A DNA stretch of 64,000 nt from positions 3,199,224 through 3,263,223 of the forward strand of contig JBNZDD010013639.1 of the NCBI GenBank assembly GCA_050575255.1. Direction: 5' to 3'. How positions within the stretch are numbered: position 1 is the stretch's first letter; each line of letters starts with the position of its first letter. The DNA comes from Harriotta raleighana. Lineage: Eukaryota. A model generated the notes under the pieces. The model searched no databases and was not told the DNA's origin. It saw only the letters and a program-made list of their open reading frames with translations. Both the position numbers and the translations under genes were made by a program. This document shows positions 53,130 through 64,000 of the stretch, one piece after another.

Positions 53130-53370
53130 ACTTGCATTTGATATAGCACCTTATTATCTCTTTAAGATGTCTTAAAGTGCGTTACAGAATACTGTACATT
53201 GTAAAGTGAATTGACTATACAGTACTTTGGCAGTGAAACACGGCAGTCAATTGTGTACAGCAGTGTCTCACGACAGGAAACTTGCCCAAAGTTTCACCCT
53301 GCCCGGGAATCAAGCCCAGGTCCTCTCGCTTGTGAGGCAAGTACTTTAACCACTAAACTACAGAATTCCA
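53130..53370 (-). mobile_element. tRNA-derived SINE with an internal deletion
   Basis: Reverse tail and core joined directly to the head. Confidence 0.8.
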
Positions 53371-53494
53371 TGCTTAGAGATCACATACTTAGCCTTCAAT
53401 AACTGTCTCATCTAGCATACTGATCCAAAATGGTAGATGCATCAAAAACCAACATACGGCTTTTAATAATATGCAGAAAGCTTGGAATCTGTTA

Positions 53495-54138
53495 CAGCAA
53501 AACCTTTTTATCCAGCACTCACGGGACCTGGCCAGTGGCGGTTAAACGGATTTCTGGTTATTTAAAAAAAAAAAAAAATTACAATATATATATACATATA
53601 GTTTAACATACCATATTAATAATAGACTAAATAATAACAGATAATAACAATATTGTGTGGGTATTTTATTGTAGATGTTGTACACTGTACACATATAAAT
53701 AATGAGTAAATACAGTAATGACAGATACTGTAATAAAGAATATTGTATGGCTACTTTATTGTAAATGTTGAACAATACTATAGAAATAATAGACTAAATA
53801 CATTAATAACAGATACTGTAATAAAAGAATATTGTATTGGTACTTTATTATTTATACTTAACTTTGCAATGGCTACCTCCATGATGGAAAAAACGGCAGC
53901 ACGACTTTTTTGAAAAAACAGCAGTATTGCGACTTTTAAAAGGAGCGGGAGCGAGTTTAGACTCGATTAGCGACCAGCCGAAATACCTGCACCAGTACTC
54001 GCGTGTGACAATCGATTCATTAAACGTGTCATCACTATTCTGTCGGATAACTTCCAGTTTATCGAATTAGGACTTTTTTTTGAGGTTCCGATTCAACGGG
54101 GTTTTCGGTTCGAGTCACGGATAAACGCGGTTTTACTG
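53495..54138. mobile_element. Tigger-like MITE (family shared with 57842 and 60262)
   Basis: ta-cagcaaaacctttttatcc ... ggataaacgcggttttactg-ta. Confidence 0.85.
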
Positions 54139-54157
54139 TATATATATATATTTTATG

Positions 54158-54651
54158 TAGGAAGGATATTAAGGCATTGGAAAGGATGCCGAGGAGATTT
54201 ACTAGGATGGTATCAGGAATGAGGGACTTCAGCTATGAGGAAAGGCTGGAGAGGCTAGGTTTGTTCTCATTAGAAAAGAGAAGGTTGCGAGGAGACCTAA
54301 TAGAGGTTTTTAAGATCATGAGGGGATTCGAGAGTAGATAGGGAAAAACTGTTTCCATTGGTGGGCATATCAGTGACTTGCGGTCACAGATTTATAATAG
54401 TTTCAAAAAGAAGCAGGAGGGAGGTGAGGAGAAATGTTTTCACTCAGTGAGTTGTTCGAATCTGGAATGTATTGCTTGAAAAGATGGTGAAGGCCGATTC
54501 GATAACAACTTTTAAAATAGTGGTAGACATTTATTTGGGTTTGCGGGTTATGGGGAGAGATCTGGGGTGTGGGATTAAATTACTCTTTTTAAAGAGCCAG
54601 CACAGGCTCGATGGGCCGAATGGCCTCCTTTTGTTCCGTAAGATTCTGTGA
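54158..54651 (+). mobile_element. CR1 3' fragment
   Basis: RKDIKALERMPRRFTRMVSGMRDFSYEERLERLGLFSLEKRRLRGDLIEVFKIM; 3' UTR gatgggccgaatggcctcct. Confidence 0.92.
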
Positions 54652-56832
54652 TATGTACACAAACACACAATCTAAAAATACAAATTTCCCTATATCTGGA
54701 ATCATCTAGTATTGATACAAGAGCCAAAGATTAAGTTGGGCAAACTTCCTGCTGCTTGTCCAGCTCAGACTATCCTACATATTAGGGTTAACAGGCACAG
54801 AATGGAAAGAATCCTTGGTCCAAGTTTGCCCCTCCAAGTGTTGACGTTGAGCCAGCACTATCATAAGCAATGCTCTAGTGTACTATTTGTCCTCCTAGTT
54901 CAAGAACTATTATGAAAGAGGATTGACTTGATTCTCGATGATGTGGTAAGGCGCTATATCAAATCCAATAATTATTTTTATATATTATTATTCTGGGATT
55001 TTGTTTCCTAGCGTCATTTTGGAGCTAGTTCAACTGCACGGAAACCCGCTTACCTTACCACAAGGAGAACAGTCACAAATTCTAACCAACTAAACCAATT
55101 AAAATAGTGATATGGCTGTGTAGGTCATTCTATTTTGAAAACCAAAAATAAGTCACGTTCATCATTTCTTATACCTGGGCAAGGGATCTGTATCCTAAAA
55201 CTTCATTATAGTGCATAAAGCAAAGCCATTTTGTTTTTAACCCATATAGTGAACTGTATAATGGCACCAGGAGATCAAGAAGAAAGCCACAATGATTACG
55301 TGCATACAATGCTGGTAGTTGTGTAGTCTTCATTTTAAGCATTGGCTTAGTGATACAACTGCCCAGTCAGAATTGGGCAAACATAGATGAAAATCCCATT
55401 TTAAGCAAGCATCAAAGTCGCTACACTTATTAATTTAATAAATACCTTTTTAAAAAATGTAAGAGAAGGCAACTTCCTCTAATAATATAAAAAGCAACAG
55501 AGAAGCAGAGATATTCAGCTGTGTTTACAAATCTAAATCATAAGACTTTGCTGTTGTTTCTGCATGCCTCTGGGTCTAGACAATAATTTAGCACTACTGA
55601 CCCACAACAGCTGGTCTCGATTATGTGAATCGCAGCACTTTTTATTGAAATTCTCGTGGAATTGGACTAACGTACAGTACACACGTTCTTGGTTTGCTTC
55701 CCTGGGCTCCATCTGAAAGCAGTCAGAAACTGCAGAAAAGAACTGTACCTTTTAATGTGGAAAAACATTTCAGCCAATATGTTAAGTAGAAGTGATAACT
55801 GATCTGAAAAAACAAGCATTTGCCAGTTGGGTAAAAGTTGAGGCTGGCGCAAGTTCAATGACTGAAACTGGAAAGGATCTACAATATACTGAGATGGGAG
55901 TCACTTGCCCAAATTACTGTTCTCTCAATGCACATCTCACGCAGAATATTTTTGGTACATCTGCCATGGTACTGCCACTTTGGATGAAGCTTAGTTACAA
56001 AAATTACTGTACTTTGAAGCGATGCCCAAATGAAACGTGCTAATATAAATGTAAGTTATTGTTGTTTCTTCAAGCTCTAAACATACAGGTATTATAATAA
56101 ACCTTACATTTAATAAAATTCAGGCCGATGACTCAAAGAGCTTCACATGATTTACTATATTGACTGTATTTGGTAGGCGAATGTCCACAAATATAGAATA
56201 GCATTGAAGTTTCCAGTGGTAAACTGCAGTGGACTACAAATAGGTTGGTTATTATGTGTTAGTGAACATGACACATCTCCAAATTTGAAAATCCATTGGA
56301 CAAAAATTCCTCAAGTTTTAAGATCACTGTTTGAAAATGTAGTTGGTTTTTCAAAGCAACTTAGAAAACGAGCTTCTGATTTAAAATTCAAGTGAAGAAT
56401 TTTCCATTCTGTACAATCTTAAACTGTAAGTCTGAAGGATAAACTGTAAGAAATGTCTGGCTTGAGCCCACCACAGAGGTTTAACTAAATTCTAACATTT
56501 AATTGCTAGGTTTGTCGCCTTAGAACCGATTGAGCCACACTGAGACCCACTTACCTTTCTCCCACCTCCCAAGGAAAGTTGCCAGTTGATCATTATACAT
56601 CTGCCAAACTCCTCTCTGAGCCCTTGCTAGACAGATGGTACGTACCATGAACTCTTCACAAGCATCACAATTCAGCATAAAATGTTAGATTTGGAAAGAT
56701 TTTAAGAGTACAGAATTGAAGAATTATTTTGTTTGGCAGGAATTTACATCACTTAGCTAAATTTGATCTGTGAACAGTTGAACATATCATTTATTAATCA
56801 TTTAATGAGGAGATCAGATTCCCTTACAGTAC

Positions 56833-56900
56833 CTGCTGGCATTGATGTAATCTTTCCTGTGCTCCAGAAGGAAATCCTTTAATTTGCTGATGTTAGCGAC
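56833..56900 (-). CDS. STX18: Syntaxin 18 exon 2 (68 bp; VANISKLKDFLLEHRKDYINAS)
   Basis: Manual translation resembles the remembered human STX18 ISHIGKLRDFLLEHRKDYINAYS. Flanked by tttcag acceptor and gtactg donor; phase 0/2. Confidence 0.95.
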
Positions 56901-56993
56901 CTGAAATATGAAAGAAAACATAAAATATTACAAAATATATAAATTACCCGACAAAAGCATTAACTGTATGAAAACCAAAGCAGTGTGGGACAT

Positions 56994-57527
56994 TGGAGCT
57001 CCTGTGGTTCAGTGGTTAGAGCACTTGCCTTATGAGCCTTACAAGCATGAGACCTGTGTTCAAATCCAGGCAGATCAGGGCGAAATATTGGGCAAGTTTC
57101 CTTACTCCACATGCCTAGTAATAATCCCTCAAAAAAAATTGTTCATTTCAATCCATGACTGTTTGTGGGACACTGCTGTGTGCAATTGGTTGCTGCATTC
57201 TGCCCACAAATATACAGTCAATTCACTTTACAGTATATTCTGTGAAGCACTTTGGGACGTTGTGAAAAGCGCTATATCAAATGCAAGGATTATTATTTAT
57301 TTATTGTTTCGTGCAATTTGCTGCCACAGTTTGTCCACAAAATATACAGTCAATTCACTTTTCAGTATATTCTATGAAGTGCTTTGAGACGTCTAGAAGA
57401 TGTGAAAAGCGCTAAATCAAATGCAAGCATTATTATCATCGTAGTCCTTGGAGCTCTTTGAGACGTCTCAAACACATGATGAGGCACTATATCAAATGCA
57501 AGGATTATTATTATTATTATTATTATT
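56994..57527 (+). mobile_element. Full-length SINE plus two tandem 3'-end copies, ~90 bp from the exon 2 acceptor
   Basis: Head tgtggttcagtggttagagcac; tails end at ~57300, ~57436 and ~57527. Confidence 0.88.
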
Positions 57528-57578
57528 ACAATAGATGACTTTTGAAACAAATGTAAATTGGTTAACCTAATTCTAATA

Positions 57579-58483
57579 CAGTAAAACCTTGTTTATCCAG
57601 AATCGGTATATATCGGTATACATCTCAACCAACCGGTATCTCCCAATACAATTCACCATTCCAGCAACCGGATCTCATACCGTAGCCATCCGGGACACTT
57701 GCGGTATGCATGCATGGGACATGTACATTTGTTAAGGTTACCAAACGCTGGAATGCTTTTTTACCGATCATTTTACTGAGTGTGCTGGAATGTTTTATTG
57801 GTAAGTATCCATATAATATTCTGTTATTATTTAGCTTATTACAGTAAAAGCCAATTTATCCGGCACTCGCGGGACCTGACCAATGCCGGTTAAACGGATT
57901 GCCAGTTAAACGGTCGGATCCGACGCCCAAAACCCAACCCCCAAAAAAAACTAACTTATGTTACCACATACCATATTAAAAAATAGACTAAATAATAACA
58001 GATAATAACAGAATATTGTATGGGTACTTTATTGTAAATGTTGTACACTGTACCATATAAATAATAGACTAAATACAGTAATAACAGATACTGTAATAAC
58101 AGAATATTGTACTTTATTATTTAGACTTAACTTCTGCAATGGCAGCTGCCACTGGAGGAAAAAAAACGGCAGCGCAACTTTAAAGCTCTACTAGTGGCAA
58201 GCCGAAATATCTGTACAGTACTCTCGTGCGACAATCGATTCATTAAATGTGCCACCGCTATTGTGCTGGATAACATCCGGTTAATTGGATGGGGACTTTT
58301 TTTTTGAAGTGCCAGTTATACGGCAGTTCTGGTTCATCGAGTCACGGATAAATGGGCTTTTATAGTATTAATATGGTATGTTTTAAAATAAGTTTTTGTT
58401 GGATTGCCACTCGAATATCTGGCATATTTGATTAATCGGCACCGGTCAGGACCCAAGGGTGCCAGATAACGAAGGTTTTACTG
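57579..58483. mobile_element. Tigger-like MITE containing a nested MITE (57842-58365)
   Basis: Outer TIRs cagtaaaaccttgtttatcc/agataacgaaggttttactg; inner TIRs cagtaaaagccaatttatccg/cggataaatgggcttttatag; TA flanks on both. Confidence 0.85.
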
Positions 58484-58584
58484 TATTTTGTTACCAAGCA
58501 TTTCACGTTAATAATTATTACTATAGATAACTTTTGAAATGAGTATAAATTTGTTTTGGTTAACTCGATTCTAATACAGTAATA

Positions 58585-58984
58585 CCGGTAAATCCCACTT
58601 AACGTTTCCTCGGTTAATACTTATTTTGTTATGTTGCTGATATATTGGGAACATATATTCATTTAACTTTGCAACGTTCGCTATTACGTTCGTTCGCCAG
58701 CAAGTGGAAAGGGGCACGACTGCCCTTGGGCCTAGGCAAGCAGTCAGGGAGCGAGTGAGTGAGCCAGGCAGGCAATAGAGGATCGAGTGAGTGAGCCGGG
58801 CAAGCAGTCGAGGAGCGAGTGAGTGAGCAGGGCAGGCAGTCAGGGAGCGAGTATAATTTTTTTTAGGAACTTAACTCCAGTTTATTCATTAATTCTTATT
58901 GGAAAACTGTGTTCGCTTAACGTCGTTTCGCTTACAGTCGCACTTTTCAAGAACCAAACTACAACGTTAAGCAAGGAATACATG
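58585..58984. mobile_element. Tigger-like element with internal ~34-bp tandem repeats (gagcgagtgagtgagc...)
   Basis: Imperfect TIRs sharing cttaacgtt; TA flanks. Confidence 0.65.
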
Positions 58985-60261
58985 TAATGATCCTTGCATA
59001 TAGCGCTTTTCATGTCTTCTAGACATCTCAAAGCACTTCACAGACTAAACTGTAAAGTGAATTGACTGTATATTTGTGGCCTCAGCTTCAAGGACGTGCC
59101 ATTTAACTCTCTCTCTCCTTAACACCCCAGAAGGATAGTGTGATACTGCATCACAGGAACAGATTTTACCTACCACTCAGTTTCACACATTGTTCAAGCG
59201 TAAGTGAAGGTTCAGACAGACTCTACTGGTGTGAGATGGAAGTGCTTGGGGAGTTACTGCCAACATAGTTTCCTAACTTATATATGAACACCCTGTAGTC
59301 TAAATGTCTAGCAAAGAAAGTTGTACGGTTTCACTGAGAGCTAAATGTCATGTCTCCTACATCCTACCCTAACGTATTTCATAGTATGCCTAGAAGGGTT
59401 CACAAATGCACACTTCAACTATTTTAATCAAAGATTTGCAAGATTTTTCACACCAAGACATAAGAACACATATTGTGGAAGGCAGAGGAGAGAAAGCCTA
59501 GATTATTCCATTCAAAAAAAAATCATTCCATTGTGTACATTGGTTATAGATTATCATAAAGTAATGCTCCAAAGTATGTTGTGTGAACTGCCTGAGGTTC
59601 AGTTGGATGGGCCTGAATATCATCTTAAATGATATTCGTTGATGCCAATAGATCAGCTAGAAATGAAGCAGTATATTTCTGTATATTGTTTATATTAAAC
59701 AAAAGAGGCATGGCAATATTTACAGAGAATGCATCAAATCATAACCATTTGTTCCGCATTATAAACTACAAATCCAATGATTTTTAAAAAAGTGACCCTT
59801 CCAATTTCAGTAGATTGAGAATCTGTGCCAAGATTTGTTTCCCACAAGTTGAGGCATTTAAATACAGCAGCCAGAAGATAACCCTGGAATAAATCAGGCC
59901 CTGATCCATTGAGCAAGATTACCCAAACCAGTCGATTAAGATTTAATCCTGAATAAACAATATTTCAGAAAGTAATACAGTGTGGGCTAAATTGACTAAT
60001 ACAGAGGCAGGAATAAGGCTTTGTGCCAGCACAGAGCTCCATATCATATCCGGAAGAATAAAATGTTTAAGCATCTCATTTTATTTATGCTGACTCTCAC
60101 TCTCTTGAATCATACAAAGTTCACAAATGGAGGAAGATTTTAGGCAATTATGTCTGTCTGGGTAGGAGTGAGAACTTTTCAAAGCTTTCTGTGATTGAAC
60201 AACAATTATTTGTTTAAAGAGCTGACAAGTTTCAATTGCAATTGTAACAGAAATTCAACTA

Positions 60262-60962
60262 CAGTATAACCTCATTTATCCGTGACTCGAATAATCGGAA
60301 AACCATTCTACCGCCACCTCAAAAAAAGTCCCGATTCGATTAACTGGAAGTTATCCGGTGACACGTTTAATGTCGGATCTAAACTCGTTCCGGGTCCTTT
60401 TAAAGTCGCGTTTTTTTCATACCTCGTTCACATGAGTTGGAGCATGGGCTCCAAAGGGGCGTGTCTCTCTCTCCCCCGATCACAGTCTCTCTTTCTCTCT
60501 CTCTCTCTGTCTCTCTCCCAATCACAGTCTCTCTCTCTGAGGCTGAGATGGGGGAAAGCATAATGGAACGAGAGAGAGTGAGAGAGAATGGTAGGCAAGT
60601 TGATGCAGAGAGAGAGAGAGGGGGAGGGAGGGAGAGAGAGGAAAGGGAGTGGGAGGTGAGGATTATGGACAAAATTTATATGATGGATTCAGACTGAATA
60701 TCTTTGAGGGTCTGTGTGTGTGCTGGCCATTAGGTCTAAACTCGTTGCTTTTGAAAGTTGCGTTTTGTTTTACCTCCCATCGAATCAGTGCTGCGATTGC
60801 AAAGTTAAGTATAAATAATAATGTACTAATAAAATATTCTGTTATTATTTAGTCTATTATTAATATGGTATGTTGTTTTTTTTAAAAATCCGTTCAACCG
60901 GAAAAACGGTTTAACCGCCAATGGCCGGGTCCCATGGGTGCCAGATAAACAAGGTTTTACTG
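60262..60962. mobile_element. Tigger-like MITE, opposite orientation to the 53495 and 57842 copies, with internal (TC)n/(GA)n
   Basis: ta-cagtataacctcatttatccgtgactcga ... ccagataaacaaggttttactg-ta. Confidence 0.85.
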
Positions 60963-61739
60963 TATAATCAAACTTGTTTCTGGCAACCATACAGGGGACT
61001 GCAACAAAGTGGCCTTTATGAGAGCGTGCTCTCTAAAAGAGGGTTCATTGGTTTATTAATTTTTCTTTTAATTCTGCAGGCCAGAAATTTCTATGGGCCC
61101 ATGTGTAGACTTCCGCTAGACCCTAATATGTTTACCAGCCGTGAGGCAAGAAGCTGTGGGCATAACATGGGCTGCTGGGGTGTGGTGTTGGTAAATTCAT
61201 TAGGACTCTACACTTTGGCCCGCAGAAATTTGGTCATGAAAGTACACTTCAATTCACAGACCAGTGATTACTGGAGAGCTGGTTTATCCCAGAAAATTGG
61301 TTGTTGACCGCAGGTAGTTGCTTTGACAGGTTTGATTCTAGTTGCCATTTAAATTATTCCCAATGGTATTTCAGCTTTCTCTGTTAGTTTGAATACCTTC
61401 ATTACTTCATTAATAAATGAAGTGTGTCCTTCAGCAGCATTCAGCCCTGTATAATACAATGAAGCAACTGTGCTTAAATGATGAATGAATCAGGTTAGCT
61501 TGCAAATGCAATGAGGTGTAAAACTGTGATTTCCATTCAAGCTTTCACTGATAAATATTTAATGTTTTTCAAAAAAAATTAGTAATATATTTACGATCTG
61601 GCCTGCAAAGGCATGGTATTTCCTTCAAAGATAAGGAAAAAGTATGGACAAAAATAATTATTCTCATTTTTAATTATTATAACAATTATTCATATTATTG
61701 TTAATATTATTATTAATAAGGGGGTAATAAACCCTTCAG

Positions 61740-61925
61740 TTAAAAAATAATAATTTGGTCACTCATTCCACGACTGCTTGTATGACATTTCTGTGTGCAA
61801 CTGGCTGCCTCGTTTCATCTACAAAATGTACAGTCGAATCAATTTACAGTATATCCTGTGAAGCACTTTGAGACATCTCAAAGACATGATAATGAGCGAT
61901 ATCAAATGCATGGATTATTATTATT
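61740..61925 (+). mobile_element. tRNA-derived SINE 3' half
   Basis: Core and tail. Confidence 0.78.
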
Positions 61926-62567
61926 AACAAAATGAATATATTTTTCTCTTTTCAGGTAATAAAAAGATAAGAGGCTTTATTTTTGCAAATTCATAGTTCA
62001 CAAGCACATGGTTCTGAGTTCCAGCTACAGTATTTGAATGTCTGGCTTTGTTCTGTGTTCCTGAACATCAGATAGCAATCCAAGAGTTAATAATGATGAG
62101 AAAGAATAGAAAGAAAAGTTAGAGATAAGAACAAACAAAAAAGCACACACTACTGAACTCACTGAAGGAATGACGGCATTTTCAAATCAATCCAAGGTTG
62201 AAATTCTGCTGACGATCTTTCATGTTAGTCACAATAGAAGTTTCAAGACTTTCATGTGAACCCCAAGACAGAAAGAAGCGCTTAAAGCAATTATCATCAA
62301 GTACAGTGACTGTGTTGTTCTATACATACCCAGCAGCCAATACGCGTACATCAAGGCCACATAAACAGTGTGAGGTAAATAATTCATTTGTAAAACTGTG
62401 GGCCAGGACCAACACTGCAAGAAAAACTTTGTTCAATTTTTGAACAAATTCATGAAACCTTTAACATCCACCTGCAGAAGAGGCAGGTGGGGCCTTGGTT
62501 TAGCTTCTCTGGCCATACTGAGCTTCTCCAGTTATGTACTTATTGTCAATCTGAACTATAAACTCAA

Positions 62568-62780
62568 ATTTCCTTACTCCACACACCTAATAATAATTCC
62601 TCCAAAAAAAAGTCATTTCAATGTTTGTGGGACACTGCTGTGCATAATTGCCTGCCACGTATCGCCCACAAGTATATAGTCAATTCACTTTACAGTATAG
62701 TCTGTGAAGTGCTTTGTGACGTCTAGAAAACGTGAAAATCGCTATATCAAATACAATGCGATTTTTATTATTATATTATT
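62568..62780 (+). mobile_element. tRNA-derived SINE 3' part
   Basis: tttccttactccacacaccta.. followed by core and tail. Confidence 0.8.
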
Positions 62781-64000
62781 ATCAAGTCCCAATATGGGAC
62801 CCACCCAATCTTTTGACGTACCAGCAAGCCTTCTATCATCTAACCACCTAAGCCAAGTTGGCACAAATCTTAGAACAGGGCAAAGGGCTCCTCATTAACT
62901 GTAGACCACAATAAAATATGTGGTGGAACCTGGCTTGCTCTGCAGACGGAGATGGCAATCAATTGCTTAAAAGGACTGACGAGGCTTGAAATTGCATCTT
63001 ATGTAAGCTCAGTAAACCAAGCGAAACTCAAGCAGCTCCCATTTAAATCATGGCTAACCTTCTAAAGCTGAGCTACACAAGCTTGAAGCTGAGGCCTTAT
63101 GCTGCCCGGACTGATCTTGAATCTAACTTCATACATTGGCACACTAACACCTCAATACTAACAAGATCATAAAGTATATTTTGGAGGCATAAAAACATGA
63201 TTAATTCCACTAACAAGACAAAATGACCAGAAACTACAAAGACCAGAACTAGCTTAAAACCTGAATGCAATGTACCCAAGAGTGTACTGCAAGTGAATAA
63301 GTGCAAGGCACAATCTTTTAGGTATCAAGGCAGTGAACTGAAAGATTCAGATTTTTTAAAATCCTTTCATTTGATGTGGGCCTGCAACATGAAAATGTCT
63401 CAAGGCACTTTCCAAGTAACCTCTTCGGGTTTGTGTTCTCAATTCCCCATCTCACTTAGCCTGTCTGAAGTTACATCAGAGGAGATGAGCATACTGATCA
63501 CAATTTGTAAGCAATCCAGTACTGCTGATGGATGGAGAAAGGAATCTCCAGTGCACTATGGAATGGAACATTATTTGGTAGCTGGGAAAGAAAACAAAAT
63601 GCTCGAAATGGTGATTTTGGGATACAACAGTTGCCATAAACACGTACACCTGTTTTATGCATCCAAGGCTATATAAAGTCATCCAAACTTTCAAGCAGTC
63701 TGAATATATATTAAAATCCAGCCATTAGACCAATCACCTTTGATAGAGATCACTAACAATGCAGCTCAATGCTCAATACCAAGCAGCAAGCACTCGGACA
63801 GTGGTGTCCAACTCATGACTCTTCTGAAAAGGAGGAAAAAAGAGAAGATTGACAAAAAGACAAAATCATCTTGACATCATTGAGCATTCTAAACATTCAT
63901 TGCAAGTATTCATGAAGAAGAAGGGTTTTCCAGAGCAAAACTGAAGGAGTAAATGTACATTATCAAAGCAAATTTCAGAGATTTGATCGTAATTTTGCCA

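Noticed and set aside
56908-57387. 159-aa ORF, and similar ORFs at 12305 and 15893
   Set aside because: Chance read-through of SINE sequence.
58735-58852. CRISPR-like repeat array
   Set aside because: Degenerate tandem units without unique spacers, inside a transposon, in eukaryotic DNA with no cas genes.
60400-60697. SL/RE-rich ORFs
   Set aside because: Translations of (TC)n/(GA)n microsatellites within a MITE.

Overview
Vertebrate genomic DNA, most likely a cartilaginous fish. The repeat content (DeuSINE-type tRNA SINEs, L2, CR1) fits a chimaera or shark, but the species is an inference. The window holds seven internal coding exons (2-8) of syntaxin 18 (STX18) on the minus strand. All introns are GT-AG and the exons join in one frame (68+116+78+67+116+89+59 = 593 nt). 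Exon 1 lies beyond the right edge; I did not find exons 9-11, which are presumably beyond the left edge. The rest is intron, filled with SINEs, 5'-truncated L2 and CR1 LINEs, Tigger/mariner/hAT non-autonomous elements and simple repeats. Nearly all ORFs in the track are noise or LINE remnants. I see no new protein-coding system. Four things deserve a second look: (i) L2 3' tails inserted repeatedly at CAA microhomology sites in SINE tRNA heads, twice at the same position; (ii) compensatory changes in the 3' stem-loop shared by L2 and SINE families; (iii) about seven short local duplications or inversions that look like repair scars; (iv) nested element insertions. Repeat boundaries and identities were judged by eye and are approximate.
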